A DNA stretch of 64,000 nt. It comes from an uncultured delta proteobacterium. Its GTDB lineage: Bacteria; Desulfobacterota; Binatia; UBA9968. Under the pieces are notes generated by a model. The model was not told where the DNA came from and did no database searches. It was given only the letters and a program-made list of their open reading frames with translations. The stretch covers positions 1 through 64,000 of the forward strand of contig CAVWLW010000033.1 in assembly GCA_963755715.1 (NCBI GenBank), in the 5' to 3' direction. Positions 10,394 through 20,016 of the stretch are shown one piece after another (the stretch's first letter is position 1; every line of letters begins with the position of its first letter). The position numbers and the translations under genes were made by a program.

Positions 10394-11800
10394 ATGAGCC
10401 AACCCGTAATATTAGTCGTCGATGATGAGGCGGGGGTGAGACAATCCCTGCAAATGGTCTTCAACAAGTCTTACCGCGTGATCGAAGCATCCGCCGCGGA
10501 TGAGGCTATCCAAAAAGTCGCCGATGAGTCGCCGGATGTCGTGCTGCTGGACATCATGATGCCGGGCACGGACGGTCTCGCGGTCTTGAAGCAAATTAGA
10601 TCGGTCAATGGCGATTGCCAAGTCATCATGCTGACCGGACTCAACACCGCGCGCACGGCCTTCGCGGCCAAAGGCACCGGCGCGTTTGACTACGTGACGA
10701 AACCTTTTGATGTCGAAGAGCTGCGCTTGCGCGTCGAGCATGCGCTGGAAAAGGTCCTGTTGTCGCGCGAGCTGGAACGCTTAAAAGAAGAAGTCGGGCG
10801 CAAATACGGCGTCGAACATGTGATCGGCAAGTCCAAACAGATTATCGACGTATTTAAAGCCGTGAGCATGGTGGCCGCCAAAAAAAGCACGGTGTTGATT
10901 ACCGGGGAAAGTGGTACCGGCAAGGAACTCATTGCGCGCGCGATTCACTATAACAGCGATCGGCGTTCGAAACCGTTCGTGGTGGTCAACTGCGCGGCCC
11001 TGCCCGACACTCTGATCGAGAGCGAACTGTTCGGCTACGAACGCGGTGCGTTTACCAACGCGTCACAAAAGAAAGTCGGACGATTCGAGCTGGCTCATGG
11101 CGGCACCTTGTTTCTCGACGAGATCGGCGAGCTCAATCTCGGCACGCAGGCGAAGTTCTTGCGCGCGATCGAGCAAGAAACATTTACCCGGCTGGGCGGC
11201 ACCGACGAAATCAAAGTCGACGTCCGGGTCATTGCCGCGAGCAATCGCGATCTTGAGCAGCTGGCCAAAAACGCGGAGTTTCGCCCGGATCTGTTTTATC
11301 GCCTTAACGTGGTGGGCCTCTTCCTTGCGCCCTTGCGAGAGCGGCCCGACGATATCCCGCTGCTGTTGGATCATTTCGTGCGCCTCAAATCGCAAGAGCA
11401 TTCCATTGCGGCCAAGAACCTTTCACCGGAAGTGGTGGATTTTTTCACTTCCTACGCCTGGCCGGGCAATATCCGCGAACTGGAAAATTTAGTCGAGCGC
11501 CTGACCATTTTGACGCCGCATGACACGATCATGCTGCGCGATCTGCCTACGGGGATGCGATCCACGGATCAGACCGCGACCCTCAAAGAGGACGTGCTCA
11601 GCGGGTCGCGTCCGCTCAGCGACGCCGTGGATGAGTTTGAACGGGAATTGATCGTAAAAGCCCTGCAGCGCACCGGCTTTAACCAAACCAAAGCGGCGTC
11701 GCTGCTCGGCACCAGCCGGCGGATTTTAAAATACCGAATCGAGAAGCTAAAGATCAACGATCCCAACGATTCCGAATCGGAAGTTAAATTATCGCCATAA
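10394..11800 (+). CDS. NtrC/AtoC-family sigma54-dependent response regulator
   Basis: REC (VVDD, LLDIMMP, KPF), GESGTGKE, ESELFG, GAFTNA, LFLDEIG, WPGNIRELEN, Fis-type HTH (NQTKAASLLG). Confidence 0.95.
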   Translation: MSQPVILVVDDEAGVRQSLQMVFNKSYRVIEASAADEAIQKVADESPDVVLLDIMMPGTDGLAVLKQIRSVNGDCQVIMLTGLNTARTAFAAKGTGAFDYVTKPFDVEELRLRVEHALEKVLLSRELERLKEEVGRKYGVEHVIGKSKQIIDVFKAVSMVAAKKSTVLITGESGTGKELIARAIHYNSDRRSKPFVVVNCAALPDTLIESELFGYERGAFTNASQKKVGRFELAHGGTLFLDEIGELNLGTQAKFLRAIEQETFTRLGGTDEIKVDVRVIAASNRDLEQLAKNAEFRPDLFYRLNVVGLFLAPLRERPDDIPLLLDHFVRLKSQEHSIAAKNLSPEVVDFFTSYAWPGNIRELENLVERLTILTPHDTIMLRDLPTGMRSTDQTATLKEDVLSGSRPLSDAVDEFERELIVKALQRTGFNQTKAASLLGTSRRILKYRIEKLKINDPNDSESEVKLSP

Positions 11801-11889
11801 GTGGACAAATTTGTTCCGCAAATATCTTCGCTCGCCTTCATTTCACCAAAATATCTTTTTAAATTAGTGATTTACTTCACTAGGTCTAG

Positions 11890-11905
11890 TGGCATATTAC
11901 TTGCT
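11890..11905 (+). promoter_or_regulatory. Sigma54 (-24/-12) promoter
   Basis: TGGCATATTACTTGCT fits the TGGCA...TTGCW consensus with GG-N10-GC spacing; upstream palindrome ACAAATTTGT (11805-11814) and an AT-rich IHF-like tract. Confidence 0.75.
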
Positions 11906-11918
11906 GCATCCTTCGGGC

Positions 11919-13040
11919 ATGGATGCCAGCAAACCCAGTATCTTAGTCGTTGACGATGAGATGGGTCCACGAGAATCTCTCAAAATGATTCTCAACCCGT
12001 ATTACAACGTGCATACCGCGGACCGTGGGACGCAGGCGGTGGAGATGCTGAAACAGCTCCCGGTCGATCTCGTGACAGTCGATCTCAAAATGCCCGGCTT
12101 TAGCGGCATCAATGTGCTCGAGAAGGTCAAGCAGCACGACCCCGATATCGAGGCGATCATTATCACGGGCTATGGATCGCTCGATACGGCCATCGAAGGA
12201 CTTCGGCTCGGTGCCTTCGATTACATTTCGAAACCTTTCGATGTCAATCACATACTTTCCTTGGTTCGGCGCGGCCTGGAGCGACGCACGGCCAAGGCTC
12301 GGCTCCGACAGGTCAAATCGGATTTTCTGTCCAATATTTCACACGAATTAAGAACCCCTCTTAGTGTCGTCGTCGGATTCGTCTACCTGTTGCTCAATCA
12401 GGTGATCGGTAAGCTGACCGAGGACCAGCAAAAAGTTCTCGAAACCGTCTATCGCAACTCGGAAGAACTGCTCGAGTTGATCGATAACGTTCTCTGGATG
12501 ACTTCGCTGAATGCCGGTGATGCGAACGCGACGATCGAAAAATTCGACGCGCGCGACGTGGTCCATGAGGCACTGAAGCGCCATGAAAAAATGATTGGTG
12601 AAAAGGGCCTGCAAGTGAACGTTCACGCGGGGGATCACGACCTGCCGTTGGTTAGCGACCGCGCCAAGGTCGACCGGATTTTTCAGAACGTCTTCAACAA
12701 CGCCGTTAAATTTACCGCCGAGGGGCAGATCGACGTAAAGGTGCAAGCGACGCCTGATAAGAACGGGATCGAGTTCGAAATCATCGATACCGGAGTAGGC
12801 ATCGAAGAAAGCAAGATCGATTCGATCTTCGAACCCTTTCATCAAGCAGATAACTCGGTCCAGCGCGCCTATTCAGGCTTGGGCTTAGGGCTCACGGTCG
12901 CTCGACGAATGGCGGAATTGGTCGGCGGCAGATTGACCGTGACCAGCAAGCCGGGCTCGGGTACGCGAGTTTCTATGACCTTTCCGTCGCAGGTCAATGG
13001 CGCGACGGCGTCGACTCTAGAGCAGCGCAAATATGGATAA
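11919..13040 (+). CDS. Hybrid response regulator / histidine kinase (REC-HisKA-HATPase)
   Basis: VVDDE, VDLKMP, KPF; SHELRTPL; NNAVKF; DTGVG; FEPF; GLGLGL. Start placed at ATG 11919 because the upstream GTG overlaps the sigma54 promoter. Confidence 0.9.
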   Translation: MDASKPSILVVDDEMGPRESLKMILNPYYNVHTADRGTQAVEMLKQLPVDLVTVDLKMPGFSGINVLEKVKQHDPDIEAIIITGYGSLDTAIEGLRLGAFDYISKPFDVNHILSLVRRGLERRTAKARLRQVKSDFLSNISHELRTPLSVVVGFVYLLLNQVIGKLTEDQQKVLETVYRNSEELLELIDNVLWMTSLNAGDANATIEKFDARDVVHEALKRHEKMIGEKGLQVNVHAGDHDLPLVSDRAKVDRIFQNVFNNAVKFTAEGQIDVKVQATPDKNGIEFEIIDTGVGIEESKIDSIFEPFHQADNSVQRAYSGLGLGLTVARRMAELVGGRLTVTSKPGSGTRVSMTFPSQVNGATASTLEQRKYG

Positions 13041-13737
13041 CGGCCGCTATATTTGGTGCCGCAACTGCGGTGCGATTCATCACGTGACCGCTTTCGATCG
13101 GTATCCGATCTATGCCCTCGAGGGAGGTGAGGCGCAGGCGCTGCCGGCGAACGACTGGCGAGATTTTATGGCGCGCCATGCCGGTCATCGACTCGAAGCG
13201 ATGACGGCCACGGGAAATGACTACCTTCCTTCAGGTTCCGCGTTTGATCCGATGGCCATCGCCTATCTTGAAGTTAGCAACGGCGCAGAAACATTGCTGC
13301 TGCGCCGAAACCGCAAGCGCATCGACGAAGCGCTTAACTATGAAATTGTCAACGGCCGGTTGGTTCAGACGGAAGTGAGTCTGGAGGTCCAAGAGGAAGC
13401 GATCCGCAAAGAGATGAAACTGCACTTTTGCTGGTCGCCCGCTGCGCCCTTGGCAGATGAGAAAATCAACTATTTCGTTTCCTTGTTTAGGGAGATTGTC
13501 AACCACATCGATCCCGCTTCCGCGCACCCAAGCCAATGCTCCGACGTCGATGAAAATCTCAGCTACTGTCAGCTCGACTCGGCTATAGTCGAAACTTTAA
13601 TCGCGAGCTGCGAAGGTTATTTTCTTCCGGTGGAGTTGGCCTCGCTACGCAGGTTCGTCGAGACCCATAGCGATAGCGGTAACGTGATGGCATTGGTGAA
13701 ATGCCGCGCCGTTATCGTCGAGCAGCGGCCGCAATAG
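13033..13737 (+). CDS. Hypothetical protein with a CxxC...HxxH putative Zn site
   Basis: Overlaps the stop of the hybrid kinase; WCRNCGAIHH and RHAGH. Confidence 0.7.
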   Translation: MDNGRYIWCRNCGAIHHVTAFDRYPIYALEGGEAQALPANDWRDFMARHAGHRLEAMTATGNDYLPSGSAFDPMAIAYLEVSNGAETLLLRRNRKRIDEALNYEIVNGRLVQTEVSLEVQEEAIRKEMKLHFCWSPAAPLADEKINYFVSLFREIVNHIDPASAHPSQCSDVDENLSYCQLDSAIVETLIASCEGYFLPVELASLRRFVETHSDSGNVMALVKCRAVIVEQRPQ

Positions 13738-13817
13738 TCATTCCGCTTACCGATTTGTTTCGCAGCCTTACCTTATCGTTTGTCGTCGCGGATTTCTGCA
13801 GTGTCTCGCGTTTCATT

Positions 13818-14360
13818 TCACTCAACCAAGACTTCGTCTGTCTTGTCGACTTCTTTGAGTCTTACCTGAACGTTTCCTCCAGCCGATAAATTTATCTTCT
13901 TGCCGACGTAATTGGCAGCAATGGGCAATTCGCGCCCACCGCGGTCGATCATCACCGCGAGATGGATCATGCGCGGCCGGCCGAGATCGATCAAATGGTC
14001 GACCGCCGCGCGCACCGTTCTGCCGGTGTTGAGCACGTCATCGAAGAGCACGACGACTTTGTTGGCAATGTCGAAGGGGATGCGCGTGTGATCGATGGTG
14101 CCGCCGGGTAAAAGCGCGTTCAGATCGTCGCGATACAAGGTGATATCCATCTCACCGACGGGGATTTCTTTGCCGTGCCGCTTGCGGATGAATTCGGCGA
14201 GCCGTTTCGCGACATACGGCCCGCGAGTGCGGATCCCTATAAAAACGATCTGATCCAGATTGCCGTACGCTTTCGTCATCTCTCGGGCGAAACGTTCGAG
14301 AATCACTTTGATTTGGACGGCGTTGAGGATGCGTTTGTGCTTGGACTTAGACGGTTTCAT
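13818..14360 (-). CDS. pyrR: Bifunctional pyrimidine regulator / uracil phosphoribosyltransferase
   Basis: GIRTRG, MDITLYRDDL, VLFDDVLNTGRTVRAA, DRGGRELPI. Confidence 0.92.
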   Translation of the reverse strand: MKPSKSKHKRILNAVQIKVILERFAREMTKAYGNLDQIVFIGIRTRGPYVAKRLAEFIRKRHGKEIPVGEMDITLYRDDLNALLPGGTIDHTRIPFDIANKVVVLFDDVLNTGRTVRAAVDHLIDLGRPRMIHLAVMIDRGGRELPIAANYVGKKINLSAGGNVQVRLKEVDKTDEVLVE

Positions 14361-15645
14361 TGCCGACTCGAATCATCGTTTCCATTAGTAACTGGGCGCC
14401 CAGGGCAATATCGTCAGGATCGGTCCACTCGAGCGGGTTATGGCTGATGCCCCGGCGGCTCGGGATGAAAATCATACCGGCGGGTGTGATTTTCGCCATC
14501 TGCATGGCATCGTGCCCCGCGCCCGAGGGCATGATCTCATAATCGATAGCCTTTTCATCGCAGAGTTGCCGGGTAATGCGCAGCAAGCGCTTGTCCAAAG
14601 GCACCGGTTCCTCCGCGCGGATATTCAAGACTTCGATGGCGATGCCGCGGTCTCGGGCAATCGCCGCGCCGCGCTGTTTGACCAGGCGCGCCACCTTGTC
14701 TTTCGCTTGGGCGGAGGTGCTGCGAATGTCGATCGAAAGCTCGGCCCGGCCGGGCACGGCGTTGATCACGCCGGGTTCGATCTTCATCGCGCCGACGGTG
14801 CCGACCACTCGGCCTTTCTCCATCGAGGAAAATTTCCGGCAAATTTTTTCCACGTACTCGATCAATTGGGCGGCGGCGACGAGGGCGTCTTTGCGCATCT
14901 CCATCGGCGTCGTGCCGGAGTGATCGGCCTGGCCTGTAAAGATGACTTTGAAGCGACTGGGCGCCGCGATCGAGGTCACGAGACCGATTCTTTTCGCTTT
15001 GGCCTCGAGAATCGGCCCTTGCTCGATATGCAGCTCCAGATAAGCTTTCATGCTCTTCGGATCGCGCGCAAGTCGAGAGAGATTGCGCGGCGAGATCCCC
15101 AAGCTGGAAAGCACATCGGCGAGCTTCGTTCCTTGCGCATCTACGGCATTGGTCAAATCCTTGGGGTGCACTTCGCCGGCGACCAGACTGCTACCAAGGG
15201 TCGAAAAACCGAAACGGCTTGACTCTTCGCCGATGAAACAAACCACTTCAAGCGGCGCACGCAAGGTAATTTTGTTTTCACGGATCGTGCGGACCGCTTC
15301 GAGGGCGCCGATCACGCCAACGGGGCCGTCGTACTTGCCGCCGTGGATCACCGTGTCGAGATGCGAGCCGGCCAATAGCGCGGGTGCTTTGGGATCCGCC
15401 CCGTCCAATCGGCCGAAGATGTTGCCGATGGCGTCGACATGGATCTTAAGTCCGGCTTGTCGCATCAAGTGAATGAGCACTTGACGGCTGCGCAATTCTT
15501 TAATCGAAAATACCAGCCGCGTCACTGAACCGTGGTCGCCGATGCCGATGCGTCCGATGGCGTTGAGGTCGCGCATGAGGCGCCGTTTGTCGATTGTGGG
15601 CGCGTTACTTGGAGCCGGCATCGAGGCTGCTGGAAGTTGCTGCAT
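14347..15645 (-). CDS. M20-family Zn amidohydrolase (N-carbamoyl-amino-acid hydrolase / beta-ureidopropionase / allantoate amidohydrolase type)
   Basis: GSHLDTV, GKYDG, EESSRF, ELHIEQGP, HSGTTPM, SGAGHDA, SHNPLE. Confidence 0.92.
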   Translation of the reverse strand: MQQLPAASMPAPSNAPTIDKRRLMRDLNAIGRIGIGDHGSVTRLVFSIKELRSRQVLIHLMRQAGLKIHVDAIGNIFGRLDGADPKAPALLAGSHLDTVIHGGKYDGPVGVIGALEAVRTIRENKITLRAPLEVVCFIGEESSRFGFSTLGSSLVAGEVHPKDLTNAVDAQGTKLADVLSSLGISPRNLSRLARDPKSMKAYLELHIEQGPILEAKAKRIGLVTSIAAPSRFKVIFTGQADHSGTTPMEMRKDALVAAAQLIEYVEKICRKFSSMEKGRVVGTVGAMKIEPGVINAVPGRAELSIDIRSTSAQAKDKVARLVKQRGAAIARDRGIAIEVLNIRAEEPVPLDKRLLRITRQLCDEKAIDYEIMPSGAGHDAMQMAKITPAGMIFIPSRRGISHNPLEWTDPDDIALGAQLLMETMIRVGNETV

Positions 15646-15766
15646 GCGTCCTCATACTAGCAGCTTCCCCCACGGCTTAAAATCCATTTTCTGTCGCCGG
15701 CTTTATTGGAAACGGTGCAACCCTATGTTATAGCCAGCCTATCCCGCACGTTGAAAGGTATTCCCC

Positions 15767-16435
15767 ATGAGTGAAGTTTCTAGAAAAGTCGCTGAAATGC
15801 TGCTGTCGACCGAGTCCATCGCGGTCTATAAGGACAAACCCTTCGTGTTTGTCTCCGGCCGCATTTCTCCGGTTTATATCGACTGCCGCAAACTTTTGTC
15901 GTTCGCGGCGGAGCGCGAATACATCGTCACGGCATTGGCCAAAAAAGCCGAGACCGATATCGGACTCGACAAGATCGACGTTGTCGCCGGCGGCGAGACC
16001 GCGGGCATTCCCTACGCCTCGTTTGTTTCCCACTTGCTCAAAAAGCCGATGATCTATATCCGGAAACAGCCCAAAGGTTACGGCGGCACGAAACAGATCG
16101 AGGGTATTTTGGAGCCGGGCAAGCGAGTCATGCTGGTCGAAGATCTGATCACGGATGGCTTGAGCAAGCTGCGGTTCAATATCGGCATCCGCGGCGCCGG
16201 AGCGAAAATGACCAGTTGTCTCTGCGTCTTCGATTACGCGTCGGATCGATTGAACCAGCACGAAGGCAAAATCAATCTGGCCAAAAACGACATTCAACTT
16301 CACGTGCTCGCCAACTGGGACGACGTCTTGGATACCGGCTTGAGCAATCGCTATTTCAGTGAACAGTCGAGCCAGCAAATCATCGACTTCCTCAATGAGC
16401 CCGACAATTGGGGCCGCAAGATGGGCTTTGTGTAA
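15767..16435 (+). CDS. pyrE: Orotate phosphoribosyltransferase
   Basis: SGRISPVYIDCR, GGETAGIP, IRKQPKGYG, LVEDLITDG PRPP-binding motif. Confidence 0.9.
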   Translation: MSEVSRKVAEMLLSTESIAVYKDKPFVFVSGRISPVYIDCRKLLSFAAEREYIVTALAKKAETDIGLDKIDVVAGGETAGIPYASFVSHLLKKPMIYIRKQPKGYGGTKQIEGILEPGKRVMLVEDLITDGLSKLRFNIGIRGAGAKMTSCLCVFDYASDRLNQHEGKINLAKNDIQLHVLANWDDVLDTGLSNRYFSEQSSQQIIDFLNEPDNWGRKMGFV

Positions 16436-16465
16436 GCGCCCGAGACGGTGCGATTTTAAATTCGT

Positions 16466-16493
16466 CTAAGGGCACGGCAGGCCGTGCCCTTAG
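16466..16493. repeat. REP-like palindrome / hairpin
   Basis: CTAAGGGCACGGC-AG-GCCGTGCCCTTAG perfect inverted repeat resembling GTAG-type REP elements. Confidence 0.65.
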
Positions 16494-16536
16494 TATTTTC
16501 GGCGCCGGATTCAGTCGTAATTCGCCGAGGTGTTAA

Positions 16537-18006
16537 ATGAAAACTTTGCTGCGCAACGCTCTGATCGTCACGATGAACGAGAATGACGAGATCATCGAGA
16601 AGGGCACCATTGCCATCGACGATAATCGAATCACTTACGTTGGCCCCATCCAATGGACGCCGGCGGGTCCGTTTGACCGGACGATCGAAGCCGATCGTTT
16701 GATCGCCATGCCGGGCATGATCAACGCGCATTGCCACTCGCCTGCCAATCTCGTGCGCGGCATGATGCCGAGCAAGCCGCTGGAGATCTGGCGCGCCTAT
16801 TATCGGGCGTCGCTGCGCGACATGCGCGACGAGGATTTTTATGCGAGCGCGCTGCTTGGCGGCATGGAGATGCTCAAGAATGGCGCGACGACCGTGCTCG
16901 ATCATTTCTTCGGCAATCAGGCTTGCCGCTTTATGGGCGCCGGCGCGGCCATCCAAGCGATGCGCGATCTCGGTCTGCGCCACGTCGTCGCGCTTACCTT
17001 GTCGGACAAGAATTACGAAGAGACGATCCCGCTCGGCGATGGCGCGACGCGGGCAACTGACGAGATCAAGCGCATGAGCGCGAGCGAGGCGAAGGCGGCG
17101 GAGGCCTGGATCGATGACTGCGAAGGGTTTATCGAAACGTTTCACGCGCCCGAAAAATTGACTACCGCTTGTCCCGGCCCGTCGGCGGTGCAGCGCTGCA
17201 CGGACGCGTTGCTGACCCAATCCGCCGAGTTGGCGCGGCGAAAGAATTTGCCGATGCACATCCATCTCGCTGAAACCAAGGCTCAGGCGGTGATGGGACG
17301 GCAAATTTATCGCACATCGTTGCTCAAGCATTTGGATTCGCTCGGCGTGCTCCAGGCGAATCTTTCGTTGGCGCATTCGATCTGGATTGAAGAAAATGAC
17401 GTTGAGCTTTTTGCCGGGCGCGGCGTGACGCCGGTGCACAATCCGGCGAGCAATCTGCGCATTGGCAGCGGCCTCGCGCCGGTCAAGGAATGGCTTGCTG
17501 CGGGCGTCAACGTCGGATTAGGTACCGACGGTTCGGCATCGAACGACGGACAGAACATGTTCGACGCAGTTCGTTTGGCGGCGCTGATTCACAATCAAGC
17601 GGGGACGGATTTTAACGATTGGGTCACGCCGCCGCAGGCGCTCGCCATGGCCACGCGCAACGGCGCCCGTGCCTTCGGCGTCAACGCCGGCACAATTGCG
17701 CCGGGTAAGCTCGCTGATATTGTCTTGCTACGCCGGGATACTGCGGCCTTCACGCCGCTAAACAACGTTATGAGTCAGTTAGTGTTCTGCGAGAACGGAA
17801 GCTCGGTGGATTCGGTGATTGTCAACGGCGAAGTCGTTGTCCAGGACGGTCGCCTGGCAAAGGTCGATGAACGGGAAGTGCTCCGGCTCGCGACCGAAGC
17901 GCGCCTGAGACTCGATGCATCAATTCAAACTGAACTGGCTGCGGCCCGCACGACCGAACCGAGCCTTACGGAAATGTACTTTCGAGTATTCGAGAAGAGG
18001 GGATAA
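16537..18006 (+). CDS. Metal-dependent amidohydrolase (SsnA/AtzA/MtaD deaminase-like)
   Basis: PGMINAHCH, HIHLAE, LAHSIW, HNPASN, GLGTDG, GKLADIV. Confidence 0.9.
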   Translation: MKTLLRNALIVTMNENDEIIEKGTIAIDDNRITYVGPIQWTPAGPFDRTIEADRLIAMPGMINAHCHSPANLVRGMMPSKPLEIWRAYYRASLRDMRDEDFYASALLGGMEMLKNGATTVLDHFFGNQACRFMGAGAAIQAMRDLGLRHVVALTLSDKNYEETIPLGDGATRATDEIKRMSASEAKAAEAWIDDCEGFIETFHAPEKLTTACPGPSAVQRCTDALLTQSAELARRKNLPMHIHLAETKAQAVMGRQIYRTSLLKHLDSLGVLQANLSLAHSIWIEENDVELFAGRGVTPVHNPASNLRIGSGLAPVKEWLAAGVNVGLGTDGSASNDGQNMFDAVRLAALIHNQAGTDFNDWVTPPQALAMATRNGARAFGVNAGTIAPGKLADIVLLRRDTAAFTPLNNVMSQLVFCENGSSVDSVIVNGEVVVQDGRLAKVDEREVLRLATEARLRLDASIQTELAAARTTEPSLTEMYFRVFEKRG

Positions 18007-18016
18007 ATAGTTAGCT

Positions 18017-18280
18017 TTAGTGCAGTCGTTTTTCAGCCGACCGCCCGCGGTGACGCGTCAGCATATCCTCTCGCCACAGTTCCGGGGTGTCGTATCCGCG
18101 GACTACTAAATCCTTGGCTCCCCAATCCGGATCTACGTCTGTGAAATCTACGGTTTGTATTCCTGATGAATTGTCCAGCGCCCGCGACTTTCTGATCGTG
18201 TTGCGCAGAATCAGCGCGACCAAAGCAAAACCGATCGACGCCGCGATGATTGTTCCGGTAAGCAAAATCAGCTGAGGCAT
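18017..18280 (-). CDS. Small hypothetical protein with an N-terminal TM helix
   Basis: Hydrophobic N-terminus; fills the gap between convergent genes. Confidence 0.45.
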   Translation of the reverse strand: MPQLILLTGTIIAASIGFALVALILRNTIRKSRALDNSSGIQTVDFTDVDPDWGAKDLVVRGYDTPELWREDMLTRHRGRSAEKRLH

Positions 18281-18409
18281 TGGCGGGTCCCTGAACGTGC
18301 AGAAAGCTATATCTTGGCGCTCGGGTGATCGTCAAGCGCTGCAATTGCTGATCGGCGCAAAGCAGCAATAACGCGAGTTTACAGTTTGAAGCGAGTCGGA
18401 GTGGTTCGA

Positions 18410-19822
18410 TCAAAGCGCCGGTCTTCGTTCATGCCAGGGAGTCGCCTGTTCGTAAGAATAAGCGACTCGTAGCGCAGTGGATTCCTCGAAAGGCGGGGCC
18501 GCGATCTGTAATCCGACCGGCAGATTGTCCGGTGTGAAGCCGCATGGGACCGAGATCGCAGGCAGGCCGGTTAAGTTGAATGGATTCGTGAAGCTCGGAC
18601 GGAGATTTTGCTCGTTCGGGTCCATGCCTTCGAACGTGTCGGGCGGGCGGGGCGCAGTCGGAACCGCGAAGACGTCGACGCGCTTAAAGTTGGCGCGAAT
18701 CTGTTCATTCAATACCGAGCGAGCGCGCTGGGCCGTCAAGTAGTCCGCTGCACTAAGGAAAGCGCCTTCGAGCATCCGGCGTCTTACCGTGCTGCCGAAT
18801 TTCATCGGCGTCTCTTGGTAGGTTTTTTCGTGATACGCGTAGGCTTCGGCGACTAAAATGGTTTGATTAGCTTTGCGTGCTATGGAGAAGGGCTTGCCAT
18901 CGAGCTCGACGATAAGCGCGCCGAGGTTTTTCAAGACTTCGAGCGCCTGATTGAAAACTGTTTCCGTCGCGGCATCGACGCCCAAATTCTCGTTAAACCA
19001 GCCGGCGCGGGGCACGCCGACGCGCAAACTCTTAATTCCCTCTCGAAGTTCAGCTCGGAAATCGGGCACGGGAACATTTGCCGACGCTGCGTCCTTGGCG
19101 TCGTAGCCTGCGATCGCTTGTAGCAAGAGCGCGCAATCCTCAACGCTTCGCGCCATCGGTCCGGCGTGGTCCAGCGACCAGCTCAGCGGTACGACGCCAT
19201 AACGGCTGACCCGGCCGTAGGTTGGCTTGAGGCCGACAATGCCACAGTGGGCCGACGGGGTACGAATCGAGCCGCCGGTGTCGGAGCCGAGCGCGCCGTA
19301 ACAAAATCCCGCAGCGAGCGCGGCGCCGGAGCCGCTGCTCGAACCGCCGGGAATGTGTGCAAGATTCCACGGATTGCGCACCGCGGGAAAAGGCGCGTCG
19401 ACCGACGGGCCGCCAAAAGCGAATTCGTGCATGCCAAGTTTGCCGAGTAGGATCGTGCCAGCCTCTTCGAGTTTTAAAACCGCCGTCGCATCGTAATCGG
19501 GAACCCATTTCTCCAGCACCGCCGAATGGCAAGTCGTGCGGATGCCCTTCGTCATGTAGAGATCTTTGAGCGCGATTGGAATGCCATGCAGCGGTCCTCG
19601 CTCTTTGCCCGATGCAAATTCTTGTTCCGCTTGGCGCGCCTGGGCACGCGCGCGCTCAGCGGTGATGGTGATGAAGCTATGCAGCTTGCCGTCGAGCGCT
19701 TCGATGCGTTCAAGGCAGGCTTCGGTGAGATCCACCGGTGAATAATCCTTGCGGCGCAGACCGGCGGATGCTTCGGCGATGGTCAAATAACAAAGGTCAT
19801 TGGATTTTATGACGGTACTCAT
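18410..19822 (-). CDS. Amidase-signature-family enzyme (GatA/AtzE-like)
   Basis: GPLHGIPIALKD, PGGSSSGS, GSDTGGSIRTP (Ser-cisSer-Lys triad). Confidence 0.93.
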   Translation of the reverse strand: MSTVIKSNDLCYLTIAEASAGLRRKDYSPVDLTEACLERIEALDGKLHSFITITAERARAQARQAEQEFASGKERGPLHGIPIALKDLYMTKGIRTTCHSAVLEKWVPDYDATAVLKLEEAGTILLGKLGMHEFAFGGPSVDAPFPAVRNPWNLAHIPGGSSSGSGAALAAGFCYGALGSDTGGSIRTPSAHCGIVGLKPTYGRVSRYGVVPLSWSLDHAGPMARSVEDCALLLQAIAGYDAKDAASANVPVPDFRAELREGIKSLRVGVPRAGWFNENLGVDAATETVFNQALEVLKNLGALIVELDGKPFSIARKANQTILVAEAYAYHEKTYQETPMKFGSTVRRRMLEGAFLSAADYLTAQRARSVLNEQIRANFKRVDVFAVPTAPRPPDTFEGMDPNEQNLRPSFTNPFNLTGLPAISVPCGFTPDNLPVGLQIAAPPFEESTALRVAYSYEQATPWHERRPAL

Positions 19823-20016
19823 TTTCGATCGCCGTCCGATGCGATAAAGACTCCGGCCGGCTCATCTCCAGGCGCGATGATAGCGCGCAGCACAGCGACC
19901 TGTTGTTGAGCCCGTTTGACGCCGGGCAGCAGCCGTTGCAAATCATCGTCGGAAAGATTTAAGCCGGCAAGATCCGCCAGGACCCGCAAGTCCTCAATCG
20001 TAAATTCTTTTGCCAT
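19819..20016 (-). CDS. Small GatC/AtzG-like amidase partner
   Basis: 65 aa, LADLAGLNL...EPAGVF; 4-nt overlap with the amidase start. Confidence 0.65.
   Translation of the reverse strand: MAKEFTIEDLRVLADLAGLNLSDDDLQRLLPGVKRAQQQVAVLRAIIAPGDEPAGVFIASDGDRK

Noticed and set aside
11889-11918. GTG-start extension of the hybrid kinase
   Set aside because: It overlaps the sigma54 promoter motif and adds no domain sequence.
15646-15766. PyrR-binding attenuator between the hydrolase gene and pyrE
   Set aside because: No AGUCC..GAGAGG-type PyrR loop or terminator/antiterminator pair was recognisable.
18410-20016. gatCA of the tRNA-dependent amidotransferase
   Set aside because: No gatB follows, and GatA-specific motifs such as SNLARYDG are absent.
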